The notes: generated from the sequence alone by a model not told the origin. Positions 27,636 to 41,082 are shown, counted from the first letter of the whole stretch. The stretch is DNA of 63,026 nt, filler included, from Reticulomyxa filosa (GCA_000512085.1; 14 parts of 14 records of this genome joined end to end with filler, not necessarily neighbours in it), one strand, 5' to 3'. Numbers and translations: made by a program.

Positions 27636-29373
27636 ATGCGCACGTTGTCTCTTGGAGACTTTCGAACAGATGTGTACAAACATCACGGATCAGAATTCGA
27701 AGTAGAAGACGAAGACCAGTCATGGCTAGCCTTTGCATTTAACATTGCAAGTGGGTTTCGTGCCTTTCTGAGCAGCAGTGAAGAAAATGAGACGCAAGCC
27801 AAATGCACATCGGACAGAAAGTTAATTGTTTGGGTTTTGATCACATACCTGCATGTATGAGCGGAGAGGAACGTAGGAGGGAGGGGGTGCACAAATGCAT
27901 CTTTCCCTTTTTTTTTTGTCGTACACCAATGTTTGCAATAACAGAAGTGCGGATACAAATGAGTCAAAGTATTTACGACGCCAAAGACAAAGATATCCCT
28001 ACGTATACTCTACCTTTCGAAATCAGGTATGTAGCAAATTTAGAGAAAGGAGGAAAGAAGAGGAAGAGAAAAAAAAAAATTATTGTTTGTGTGGTGGTTG
28101 TAATATTGGTGAACTGAAAAGCTGAATGACATACCCGAAGGAGCGGCCCATCATCCACTCCCGTCAGAAGAAGAAATGAAAAGCTCTGCACACGATGAAA
28201 AGTTTATGGATGTGAGCAGTAGTAAAGCTTCCACACCAAAGAAAAGCAAGGATAAACGCAACAATAATGAGCATAATAATGAGCATAATAATAATAATAA
28301 TAATAATGCAAATGAAGAAACAAATCGTAATGAAACACAACAAACGTTAACAATACAAACACTGAGGCAGTTGCATTTATATTGGCACAACTCATTGAAG
28401 TCGGATTCCAAACACGATATTATTGCCAAACTTTTCCATCCCGTGGACAATCGCAGTGTGAGTATACAGTCTGCACATCTTGTAGATCCGAATATCATTC
28501 ATTCCTCCAAACTTTTGCTCAGTTCGGATGTTTTGCATTTTTTGAAAGTGTGAAAGTTGAAAACAATAACCTCTGGTAATTGTGGGGGGAAACACTCTTA
28601 GAACAATCACTGCGACGTTGTAATTCGTTTCCATCACTCAATTGCCAACACGAGCCATTGACTCAACCACCTGAAGGAAGGGCCACTCCAGAGATCCCAA
28701 TGCTAAATTGGAGTGATAACAAGGACGGAGATGAAAAGGATATTGAATACGACTGCAAATTCGATTCCAAACAATTGGATGATGCTTCTTCCACAGTGTC
28801 TGCCAATACTGATCGTAAAAGTGAAGAAAATCTACACGGTAAGGCTTCTTTGTCTTTAGAAGGATGTGAAGTGAAGATTCATTCTTTTTTTTTATGATTA
28901 TTTAAAAAATAAAAGAAAGCAACAATATGCAATCGGCCATTGACTGGAGTTTAGCACAGGGCCCTTCGAGCTTTTGTCCAAGTCTCTCTCGGAAATCGAG
29001 TGATCAAACAATGAACAGGTATCAAAAAGACCGTCGTAATACCTGCGCGCAAAAGAAGACGTCGCCACATTTTAAAATGACGACGATTCATCAACGTACT
29101 AACAGTTGCATTTCTGTTGGACAATCTCAAGAACATCCCTTGCTATTTAATACAAATGCTATAAAAAAAGAGGCAAGTGATGAAACTACAATCGCCAGTG
29201 GCAAAAGCAGTGCTTCATTTGTTGACGTCACAGACAATAACAATAAACCCATACATGACAACACACTTGCTCATCCTCATGTCGAAGACGCTGAGACTGT
29301 TTACGACGATCGAGTGTCAGAATCGTCGTATGCCAGTTCCAATGTCAGTTGGTGCGTGGTTGGAAACAAATAA
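27636..29373 (+). CDS. Hypothetical Ser/Asn-rich protein, multi-exon
   Basis: A chain of + strand ORFs (27636, 28176, 28580, 28927) with coding-like composition, separated by AT-rich GT..AG segments. No family recognised. Confidence 0.5.
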
Positions 29374-29719
29374 AGCGAAAAAACTTGTCGGATATTGTTT
29401 TTTTAGTTAGTTTGTTTTTTCTCAGCAACATTTTTTTAAATTGTGGAAAATTGTTTTTCTTTTTTAAAATTACACACAAAAATCTTGTTTTGCCTTTGTC
29501 GTAATTCTCATAACTGTTTCCAATCCACCTTGACAAAGCTTTTTTTTGTGCCGTAGCTGTTGTCTTCAAACAAAAATTTGAAACATTTGTCAAAGTTATT
29601 GTGTTTGGAAACAAAAATTCATGAAATTGATATAGTAACTAGATTCTAATAGCAAGCGATTAAATTTAACATAACAAAAACTAGCATATTTCTTTTAGTC
29701 AAACACCAAATTTTTTGTC

Positions 29720-32136
29720 CTAGTTAATTAATTTTTTCACTTTTTCTTTTGCCTGTAATGTTACTTGCTCCCATTCTCCTAATGTTCCACTATACACTTT
29801 CCATGCTTCTTCAAAATATTTACATGCAGTTTTCATTTCCCCTTGCTTTTCAAAAATATGTCCCAAACTCCAATAAGAATCAGCAACCTCTTCACTCATA
29901 CTTCCAGATATTTCTTTCATAATTTTTAATGCATTTTCATGACATTCAATTGCATTAGAATAGCATCCTTTATTATTATAAGTAAAGCCTAAATTATTGT
30001 AAGACCAAGCAACATCAATATGACTATTTCCAAAAAGATCTAATCTAATTTTTAAAGCTTTTTCATGACATTGAATTGCTTCATCATGTTGTCCCTTATT
30101 AGAATAAGAATAACCTAAATTATTATATGATGAGGCAACATCGCTATGATTATTTCCATAGATATCCAATTTAATTTTTAATGCTTTTTGATGACATTCA
30201 ATAGCTTGATCATATTGTCTTGCTTCATTATATGCATAACCTACATTGTTATATGATAAGGCAACATCACCATGATTAGTTCCAAGTATATTTAATCTAA
30301 TTTCTAATGCCTTTGTATAATATTCAATTGCTTTTCTATAATATCTCTTTTTATCATATGAATCACCTAAATTATTGTATACATTTATACTCCAAGCATG
30401 ATTATTGCCAAAAACATCTAAAATTATTTTTATTGATCTTTCATAACTTTCAATAGCTTTATTATATTGTCCTTTGTCTTCATACACAAGCCCTAGATTA
30501 TTATATGAGTTAGCTACAAAAGGATGATTTGATCCAAAAGTATCAATGCAAATTTGTAAATGCTGTTGTGAATATATAATTGCATCATCTAAAAGGTCTT
30601 TTTCTGAACATTGTTGTTGTTTATCTTCTAGATTTTGAAGTTGCACTAAAACATCATGATGAATTTTCATATCCCATAAAATAGGTGTAATTGATTGTTT
30701 TAATGTTTCATCAATTATCACATTTTCAGTAACAAAAATTTGTGTTGTTATATTTATTTTTCCTTGAGATTGAATTTCACAATTGACAGCATATACATTT
30801 CCATCAATAGTTACATCATCAAATATTATTAATTTTCTTTTTATTGTATATATCCAATAATCTCCAATTTGTTTTTTTTCAATTATATTATCATTATTCA
30901 CTAATAAATAAAATGAATTAATATATTCCTTTGTTTCATTTTCATTAGAATGTATTTTATTTTTCCATTCTGAAACATTGTTTGTAATCACAATTAAACC
31001 TTGTTCATTTTTATCAAGTATTTCTTTTACTATTTTTGCTCCTTCTACATTTGATTTTATCCAATCTTCACTCCAATGTTTTTTCAAATCTAAAGTTTCT
31101 ATTGATATTTTGGGTTTATCTTCTTGTTTTATTTCTTCATTTCTGAGTCCCATCTTTGTATGCATAGTTACAATATTATTATTATCATCTTTTCCTCCGA
31201 TAATATGTACACATGTATTATCATTATTTAATATTGCAGTACAATCAAATAATGGTTTTGGTAAAATATGATCCAATTTCATCCATTTGTTTTCTGCAAT
31301 TGAATACTTATATATATTATCGGAAATGATCTCTTCTAAATAAATATTATAACTCTGTCCTCCAAAAAAAAAAGTATATCATTTACATGTATATATGAAT
31401 ATCTTTTGAATGATGAAATACTATCGCAAACAGATATTTTATAAAATTGAAATAAATTATTGTTTTCATTATAATCAATTATTAATCCTGTCTTTTTATA
31501 AAATAATATCATTTCATTCTTATTATTTATTTTTGATATAAAACAATGGTAAGATATCCAATAATCTTCACTTGGAAAATTATTATGATTAACATATTGA
31601 AATGTATTTAAATTAAATACACTAATATTTTGAGGAGGATAAGTGATAAATAACAAATGATTATTACTTCCACCAATCACTGCACGCATTCCTTCATAAT
31701 TATTTTTATCAATGCAAATTGATATATTATCATTATTATTATCTTTAAAAGGAATCCATTCATTATTATATTTGTCTTTTTTTTCTTCTTCTTTTTTGTT
31801 GTCATTATCCCAAACACTTATATAATTCATTATTAATGCATATTTAAATGATCCACTAAAAGATAATAATGTAATTTCATTTAAATTATTATTATTGTTA
31901 TTATTAATTTTCACTACACAATGTCCATGTAATATGATATCTTTTGGATAAGAACAAATAAGTTTGTATTGATTTCGAATGGTATGATAAGAATAACAGT
32001 TGTTAGTTTCGTAACCCCCACAAATGAGAATTTCATGTTTATGTATCACACATTGACTTTGAAAAAACACGTCTGGCAAAGGAGCCAAAATTTCAAAAGG
32101 AGTTTTATTGTCTATATCACTATCACTTAGATCCAT
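29720..32136 (-). CDS. Kelch-like beta-propeller plus TPR-repeat protein, intronless; apparent frameshift in an A10 homopolymer at 31364-31373
   Basis: SQCVIHKHEILICGG and RAVIGGSNNHLLFIT kelch-like blades; 42-aa TPR repeats (H.DVA.SYNNLG..Y...GQ.D.AI.CH.KALKI.L). Correcting the homopolymer restores ILFFGG...YKYSIAENKWMKL. Confidence 0.88.
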
Positions 32137-32640
32137 CTTTCAAATGTCCCAAAGTTAAAACTTTTTTTTTTAAGCTTCCTAACACTCCGACGTTTTGACT
32201 GTTGCGAAGTGCAAAGTGTAAACAAAAGAAAAAATTGTTAATTTTTGAAGGGAAAAATAGATTGTTAATTTTTGAAGGGAAGAATAAATTGAAACGACTA
32301 AATCAACAATATATCTCATATTTTCCACGCATTATACAATTAAAATTTGAATGTTTAAGCAATACTTTCGACTGAACTTTGTCTTCACAAGATAACATCA
32401 TTTTGTTTTCTTTTTACAAATATAAATATTCAAAAAATGTGGTCTTTCACAGTTTTTTTTTTGTTATTTGAAATTAGGTAATTGAAAAGTTATTCCGACA
32501 TGATAGTTGAAGTAGATTATTGCTTTAATTTTATACTGTTCATCGAATAAGGAAATGCAATTATGATTTGTAAAATTAAAAAGAGGCAAACAAGCCTTAA
32601 TTGATGAATATTGCTAATGTATAATTTTTTTCAATTGCAT

Positions 32641-32766
32641 TGTAGGGCAAGGCCCTATAAATATCTGAACGTTGAAGGAACCTGGGAGTTCCCAGCGGGA
32701 TAAAACTCATCAACCAACTTCACTTACTCTTTTGTTTTGTTTTCTTCTTTTGTTGCGTCATTCATC
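32641..32766 (+). repeat. Inverted partial LTR (left terminus)
   Basis: Reverse complement of 35211-35331; about 10 substitutions and one 5-bp indel by eye. Confidence 0.93.
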
Positions 32767-35107
32767 ACGAATTGTGGCTTGGTTCAATTTCCGATTGACT
32801 CACATGCATAGCGAGCCCCTTTCTTTTTTACTAATAAGACATTTGCTGCAAATTGAGAACAGCTTTTCCTTATGTTGTTGCTTGTTCATTATTCCGTTTC
32901 TCTTTGTTCTTGACAATGTTTGCATCATTATCATCTGTTGATTCACTACTAGCGACGGACTACAAATCCTGACCTTCAAATATTTCATCCGATTGTACGT
33001 GCTAAAATTTTTCATGCTCCAACATCAATGCATAGCCTAGTTGACGTAATGCGCTTCTAGATATAATAAAGTTATTATGCAGATTTGATACTACATAGAA
33101 ATTTTCCTTGAACATTGATATGAGTTTGTTATTGACTTACTTTAGATTCAATTCTATTTTTTCTTGTAGTGTGATGGACCCTCCTGCATGCGTCACAATG
33201 AACGCACGCGCATCCTTCGTTACTAAATGCTTGTATTTACGGGCAATAGAGTCGCTGAACGCACATATTGATGCTACGGTATCTGCAATTGCATTATTGT
33301 AACTATCTCTTTATTATACAATTTAATTACAATTTTGTCATGTTTTTCCATCACTTTATCGACACCAAGCATTGGAAGTATGTGCTCGACATTTTCTTGA
33401 TCTGGCTGCTGTTCGATTACGTGTAATTCATTCATGTTGTTTGGACATACACTTCGCTTGTGACCATGTTCGCCAAAATTCCAGCACTCATCGTTCACAT
33501 AACGATTGCTTTTGGAGCATTGTATTGCTTTTTGTCCTTGTATGTATTCGTGACGTTATTGCTTTGGTTCTGCGGATTAATACTGTCCTTCGGATCATTG
33601 TATGTATCGTTCCTGTTCTCGTAATTATATTTTTCCTTAACTGTAAAACGATTGTCTCTATCGTATATATTTTTCTGTACATAATACCTTTTATTACCTT
33701 TTGAATAACTTCCCCTTGATGTTGTTTGTTCAAATTTTTGTTTTCGATAGACTATATGCTTTGTTTGTCTTTCATCATCGAATATGTGATATATGTTCTC
33801 CAGAAAAGTTTCTGTTTCATTCAATGTTGCTGGATTTTGTTCGTACACCAGTCGTCACACGATTACAACAAACGACCCTAGCAACGATTACATTAACCTT
33901 TCATCGTATAGTTTCAACCTCTTTCTTGCTGGAACACTACATTCTGCTTCGTATTCCAACTCCAACTTTAACGCGAACTTCGTTTGTTTCCATCTGAGTA
34001 AAATATCAGCTGGTCCCTCGTGATGTCTCGTGTTAAATTGAAGCAGCTCCAATGTCCTTTCTGGTACGTGATGTTTGCCTCCAAACATTTTACACATCCA
34101 GTACATCAATAAGCTGAATATATTAATATTTTCTGCTAGTGCCATTTCTTGAATATCGCTAGCCATATATTGTGAAACTACATATTTTTTACAAAAATCG
34201 TCTGTAATTTGATATGTCGCTTTCCAATATAAAAGTTGTCTTCGCCAACGTTGAAACTCGTCTCTATATCCCTTGAAGATATAGCGAAATTAATTTGATG
34301 ATTTCATTGCCAACTTCGTCAAATCGTTGTCTGAATGTCGAATGTCCAGGTCTACCATATCATCATTTCGTGATTGCTCAACATAAGGTTGATCAATCAA
34401 TTCACCTTTACTCTCCTGCATTTTTGTCACAATTTTTCCAAAAAAAAAAAGCAGATTGTTGTTATGATATTTGTCAATGTCTTTATCATTATATTCATAA
34501 AAATAAAACAATGACCACAACAAAAAGAATTTTCTTGTCGAATTGTTAAAAAAAAATCAAACATGACTTTTCAACAATAACTGTTTCGTACAAAGAACAT
34601 CGAAATTCGACATGGGGTCAATTTGACATCATTTTTGTCTTGATGTTTTTGCTCCATCATATCGTGTGATCCTTTTTGCTCCAACAGTTGTGTTAGCTTC
34701 TTTACCTGTTCGTCCAACATTGCTACTTGCTTTTTTAACGCTAGTTGATTATTGATGTCAATACCAATAACCGACGAGATCTCCTTGTTGCTTTGTTTGC
34801 TTTTATCTTGTGTTTCAACCTGATTTTCCATTGGTGATACTTACAAGTTAAGCTTTGTTGATACAAATGCTTGCTCATCACTAATGTTGCTTGTTCTTGA
34901 ACGAATACTTTTGCAATTTGCTGATAACCTTAACTTAACTTGGAAACTGCTTCCGATTCGTTAGGTCTGGCTGTTTCTCCTATTTCTAACAATTTTTGTT
35001 TTACCATTTGATGATTCGTCTTTGCGATTTCATCTTCACTCGGCAATGTATTTCCAGATTGAGCTGATGCCATTTTTTTTTTCGTTCGCAACACAGTGGG
35101 TGCCAAA

Positions 35108-35331
35108 TGTGAGACGTCATCTGGAAGAGGTTATACTAAATGTAATACAAAAAGGGTTTTACTCATGAAACCAGTGTTCGGTAAAACAAAAGTGAATTAA
35201 ATAAAAGAAAGATGAATGACGCAGCAAAAGAAGAAAACAAAAGAGTAAGTGAAGTTTGTTGACGAGTTTTAGCTCACTGTGGACTCCCAGATTCCTTCAA
35301 CGTTCAAATATTTATAGGGCCTTGCCCTACA
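35108..35331 (-). repeat. Complete 224-bp LTR
   Basis: TGTAGGG...CTCACA, followed after 2 nt by a TGG-starting PBS. Confidence 0.88.
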
Positions 35332-35570
35332 GCATCTCCTACACTTAGTTCCAAATCTTATTATGTATGCAAGATTATGCCCGAGAATACAATGATCTGT
35401 AGTGCATTTCAAACAAATACAGTGGCTGATATTTCATCAGATTGTATTTTACAAAAAATTAATGTTGTTTTTGTGCAGTTTTTTTCTGTTGTACTATTGT
35501 GACTTTACCAAAGAAGCAGGACTTATCAAGGATAGATACAAAAACTTATATCATCTCACTACGCAATATA

Positions 35571-35640
35571 CAATATGTTGCAGAAAAACTGAACATTTAA
35601 AATGCACCTTATTAAAATAATCGATTTTCTCCATGAAAAC
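35571..35640 (+). mobile_element. Degenerate Tc1/mariner-type MITE terminus (same family as 60292-60419)
   Basis: TA|CAATATGTTGCAGAAAAACTGAAC...GATTTTCTCCATGAAAA aligns with the palindrome arm at 60292. Confidence 0.65.
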
Positions 35641-36249
35641 AAACATTTAAACTTAATTTTTAAGAATACAAATTTTGTATTTTTAAATATTGAATTATTT
35701 TTAATAACTATTTTTGATAAAAATGTCATTTTTAATATGATTTTTGAAAATTTTGCTAGAATGCATACAATTCGCACATTTATTAGACAATGAAAGTTTT
35801 ACAATTAATCTTTTTGTTGTTTGTCCTTTAAAATATAATAGCATTTGCTTTCTTTATTGGCTGATGCATACATAACACGTCAAATTAGTAAATGCTAATT
35901 TTGATTTATCATTTAAATCAAAGTCTTCAAATGACAAAAAAAGCTAAATTGTATCTATTACAGCGCAGACAACAATTTCAACTCAAAGATTACGATTTTC
36001 ATACGATTGCATTTAGGTATTCAGCTTTTTTATTGCACACTTCCAACTGCATATTATTTTTAGCCTCGAGTTTCAAAAGAAAACTGCCAGAGGATCATTA
36101 AGAGCTTATGTCTAAAACTAACAAAAGAATGTAATATTTATGAATTTGAGACAACGGAACTGGTGAACTTGGACGTACATGTCATTTTTTTTTAAAAAAT
36201 ATAATAATATATTATATATATATATTAAAGATACAAAGTAGCCAAGGTT

Positions 36250-38003
36250 ATGACAGCGGTAACTAATGAAGTGGTAGAAGATGAAGAGAATGCAGCAAAA
36301 CGGCATAGACGTTTACAAACGTATGACTTAGGGAAGGGTAACTGGGAAGGTACGTACCGACGGGGGTCATCAGCGACAAATGGGCACGGGGCGACGATGG
36401 CAAAGTACGTGGCCTCGCTATCAAATGAGCAGCGAGCGCAGTTGACAAAAGCGTCGAACGACCTGCGAGCGGAGCGCACAATAAAGCGTTTGGAGTTGAA
36501 GTTGGAGGAGGCAATGGACCAGCGAAACCAGGCGACAGAGATAATAAAGAACTTGGCGAAGGAGAACGAGGATTTGAAGTTAGAAAACGAGGATTTGAGA
36601 GGTCAAGTGCAAAGAAAAGAGCATGACCTGAAATTGGTGGAAAAAGATTACACGTTGATGACAGAGTTGTTTGAGGAAGAGAAGAGCAAGTATGAAATGG
36701 AGATTCAAAAGATGGACAAGTTGAAGCGTGACATGCTGGAGCGCGAGGAGCAATGGGAGCTGCGCGCGAAAGAGCAGGAAATTTTGGAAACGGAGAAAAA
36801 GCATGAGTTGCATCGACATATCAAGTCGTTCGATGGGTTTGAGGAACAGGAGAAGAACGAGTTGAACACGCCGATTGAAAAGAAGTTGTATACGCAGTTT
36901 CAAGAGGAGAAGCGCCGTTGCGAACAGCTGAAGCAACAGATGGATACGTTGCTGACCAAGTTGGAAGACCAAAGCCGATTGGAAGAGGAAAACCATCAGC
37001 TGAAAGAGTATTGCAATAAACTCGAACAAGACAATGTGCAGCAGCTGGAGGAAGCCAATGAAGTCAATGGGTCTGTCCACAACGAAATCATTAAGCTCGC
37101 TCATCGCAATGCCCATTTGGAACAAGAGAAACAGGAATTCGTGCGCGAACTCGAAGCCAAGACTTATGAAATATCCATGCTTCGCAAAAGTCTCGAGCTC
37201 GGATACCGCGCCACTTCCAATCCCAATGCCGACCACGAACGTATGGACGAGCCCAATGCCATGGCCGATGAAATCTATAACACGCAGAAAAATGAATTGC
37301 TCTCCGCTTTTGATCCTCCCGAATTTGATAATTTCGAACCCGAAACTGAACCTTCCGTTGTTGACAATTCCATTTTGGTGGCTTCTGCTAGTGCCAAAGC
37401 GACCGATACCAAAGACTCTCATGCCAAACCTGCTTTTGTCCCGGACGTTCTTAAGGAGTACCTCCATTTGACCGCCACTGCCGTCAAAATTAAATATCCC
37501 AAAGTTAATATTGAGTCCGATGAACTCATTAAAAAAGTTCAGTTTGAACCCTATTTCAATTACTTTGAACGAATGACCCAAATCATGCAAGCCGAAGAAG
37601 CCAGGCTTAGAAAACCCAAAACCCCAACCACCAAACCCGAACCCGAGTCCTTCTTCTCTAAAATGAAACATAGAATGTTTGGTGTCCCCGCTTCCTCATC
37701 AGCCTCTACCCATAAACATCAACCTCCTTCTACTGACAGTTATTTTTTGTTTATTTGTTTGTCTGTTGATTGGTTGTACGTTGCTCATATGAGAATGTGA
37801 ATATTGATCCAATACAGACTATCCCAATCAGTCATTGCGTGACGCTCGAAACTTGCGCAGAAAGAATACTGACCCAAAAGAGCCTCCCAAAAGTGAAACT
37901 GAAAAAAGAGAAGGAGAAAGAAAAGGAAAAAGAAAAAGAAAAGCCGTTGGCTGAACAACCATTTCGTTCCGTTTCACCTGTACCACCTGCAGATCAAATG
38001 TAA
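36250..38003 (+). CDS. Long coiled-coil protein with a compact C-terminal helical domain
   Basis: 516-aa ORF rich in E/K/L/Q heptads, then DVLKEYLHLTATAVKIKYP. One probable intron near 37739-37817; the final frame is uncertain. Confidence 0.8.
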
Positions 38004-41000
38004 TTTTTTGTTTTTCTTGTTTATCTATCTGTTCATTTGTTTGTGAATTTTTTTGTGGGTTGAAATTATTTCCTTGAGTTGGCCAATATAACATATTCAA
38101 TGTTCAACATATTTCTTTGTGCAAATGATATAAAATCCTATAATCGCAATTTTTTTTATAAGTTCGAGACTGGAGATTTAAAGAAATTTCTATTTTAAAA
38201 GAAAAAATTAGATTTTTTTCGAAAAAGGATAGCAATATTTTCTTTCAAACTCTGAAGAACATAACAGTCAAGCTACACCCAAAACTTCACATTTTTTATT
38301 TATTTTGGTTTTTTTTTAACATTGAATCGCTCACAATGCAAATACAAGAAAAACAACATTTCTACCAGGCCACAAAAATTCCAAATCAAAACGATCAGCG
38401 GAAAGAGAGTGAAAAAAGCAACCGCATATAAAAAAAGAAAAAAAGGACAAGACATTTGCCAAGCCCACTAAAATAATTGAAAGCAAAAATATTTTCAAAT
38501 TTTGACGCTCTTGGCATTCCAACGACGTCTCCGTGTTTTTCGTTTTTCACCGATCTATAAATTTTTTTTTTAAAGGAGATTGCATTAAAAAAAAGACAAC
38601 AAAAAAATGGAAGGAATCTCCAAAACTTAACGTGACACTCCAACTCACTATTGGCTTGATCTTGACCTTTTCTCTTGAGTTTAAAATTCAACCCACAATT
38701 TTGTTTGTCATCGCTGATGTTCAAACAAGCAGCATTTGAGGATATTTTTGATTGGCAAAGGGGCTGGGTCCTGTTACAATATAGTTGTATTTAATTGTTG
38801 CAGACCAACTACGAAATTCAATTTATAAAAAAAAAGATAACCCCCAAAATTTATCCTGCGTCTCTTTCCCCCCTTCCCTTTCTCTTCTTTTTAGGAGTTC
38901 CGTACAAGTTGGACGAACAGACATTCATCTGCAATATTTCGGATTGACTACTTACTCCTTCATTTATCTCGTCAATTGGATTGACAACCCACGAATCAGT
39001 CTGCTTTGCACATTCATCAAAGCAATTTCGTGGTTTGCTGTAACCATGTGATAATCCTTGGCGACTCTCTTGGCAATCAACAGATGGCACTGATCCTGCC
39101 CCATTGCCTTTTGCCTTCTTGTTTTTTAGTTGATTGTGTTTTTCAACGCGATCTAACCACCGTTTTCCGCCCTTTTTTTTGTTTTTAAAGACCATCATAA
39201 AGCCCACTTTTTCACTTTTGTTTTCCTCATAACCTCTTTTTCATTTTGCAAAACAAAAGAAAATCTGTACCTTCAGCTGAATCCCGGTTCCTTGATCATC
39301 AAAACACGTGAGTGTTATCTTATCACGTTGAATAAATTTCAATTTTGACAAAACCCTATTTCATAAAATTGAAGCCCGGTCAAAATAAACAAACTGTTTG
39401 TGTCGTTGTTTATTCTATCCACTCCCTCCCTCTCATGGCCAGCTAAAAGTTTACCTTCTGAGATTTCTCTTAAGGAAAATAGGTGTTGTTTGATGATTGG
39501 ACTGGTACCGAGCACAAACTGCACGTGAGCACAACGTGTAACTTGACTTGGATGAAAGGATTTTATTCCGACGTATACGCGTTACGTTCAGTTTTGGTGG
39601 AAACCGCCATTGAATACCTTTGAAATCAGATTTATTCGCCCTCTACACGTGTTACATTTTTTTTTTTTTGTGTTAATATCAATGACTTTTCTCAGTATTA
39701 TTCCAACAATACAGCAAAGAAAATCATAGATAAACAAGTTATAGCCCCTCTTCTTCTCTATTTACAAAACGATGTTGATGGGTACTAAATCTTTTTTCAT
39801 TTGTTTGAACTGATCATCAGTCGTATCTGTTCATTATAAAAATATACAACACTTAATAGTCGCAACATTTTTTTTAAGCTTTTAGGGAAAAATTGTGTAT
39901 TAAGCTTTTTTTTGCGTTACGTAGAATTAAAAAAAAAAATGATGATAACTGTCGAAGCAACGAGATTCTCGTGAAGGAGACTCACGACGATGATTGCATC
40001 TTCTTTTCTGAAACAAAGACAAAAAAGGCTTGAACCTTTTTTTGTTTCAAAGTACGTATACTTTTTTTTAAATAGAAATCTAATGACTTTGTCAATTGGA
40101 TTGTTTGTGAAGGGGAGAAAAAAAAGAAAAAAAAAACAGATTGCATTTGAAAAAAAAGACCCGGCGGCTTAGGGCCACTCTAAGCATATGCGTGAATGGA
40201 TTGGTAAGTTCCCGATTTGCAAAGACACTGGAAAACTTCGGCTCGGGAAGATCTTCTCCACACTTTTTTTTCTCCTTCCAAAAAAAAAAACTTTTTTTTT
40301 CTCCAAAGACTTCTTTGGCAATCCCAATTAGTGGTTTTATTGGAATAAACAAACGTTGCGAAAGAGCAATAAAGATCGAATGCAAATTTTTTTTCAGGAC
40401 TAATGATTGTCAACCTGTTGAATAATTCACCAACATTGTTCCCCAAGAGCCGTTTCAATTTACCTTAGAGAAATTTCTGTTCTTTTTGTTGTTTGTTGTG
40501 TTGCTTACGTTGAATTCAAACGTCCACGAGACATAAAAACCAAATTATACAACCATTTGAGCAATGGCAATTTATGTTAGGTTTTCTTTGAAAAAGCAAG
40601 CAAATCACTTCTACAGGTAAATATAGAGTTTTTTCTATATCCTGCCCCCTTTTCCTCGCTCAAAAACAGTAACTTTCTGCAAATTTTGATTTGCTATAGT
40701 GATAGTTTATATCTTCCACAGAGCGTGTCAAAGGTAACGAACGTTTTGTTAAAAGCATTGTCCGCAAGAAGAGGTTGTGTTAATGTGTTTTTACCATTGG
40801 ATTAATTTAAAATATAATGTGTCAATTATTCCAACCTTGCGCACAATGATGCTAGTATTAAATACATGTACTTTGCAGTCTGCGGGAGAGAAGCGCAAAA
40901 ACTAAAAAAATTGGATTGAGTGAGCTCCATATAAGCAGTCATTCAGTCACGCCCAAAATAATGACTGTGAAAGGAGCCCCAAGGAACCAACAAGAAGAAA

Positions 41001-41082
41001 AAAACAAAAAACAATTTCGAAAAAAAGTGTTTTTATTCCTATGAAAAGAAGAAAAAAAAAAAAAAAAGAGGGGAGAGAAGGG

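Larger units (their letters stand above)
32641..35331 (-). mobile_element. Degenerate Ty3/Gypsy LTR retrotransposon (LTR-PBS-gag-protease-RT start) terminated by an inverted partial LTR; 4-bp TSD GCAT
   Basis: LTR 35331-35108 (TGT...ACA). PBS TGGCACCCACTGTG at 35105-35092. gag ATG at 35073. Knuckle CWNFGEHGHKRSVC, protease AIADTVASIC, RT motif KKERGSLCM*VNRKLNQATIRD. Many stops and frameshifts. Confidence 0.88.

Noticed and set aside
31364-31373. Possible programmed frameshift between the kelch and TPR ORFs
   Set aside because: It falls in an A10 homopolymer, and similar slips occur at ~49230, ~49275 and ~37905. Homopolymer sequencing error is the simpler explanation.
32641-35331. Interpretation as a DIRS element or an autonomous Ginger transposon
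   Set aside because: It has a PBS, an aspartic protease motif and a TSD, unlike DIRS, and no recombinase or integrase ORF is present.
36580-37671. 363-aa antisense ORF
   Set aside because: A shadow of the coiled-coil gene's codon usage; F/L/H-rich with no motifs.
38100-41000. Scattered 60-120 aa ORFs
   Set aside because: Driven by poly-A/T tracts, with no consistent exon chain or family signal.
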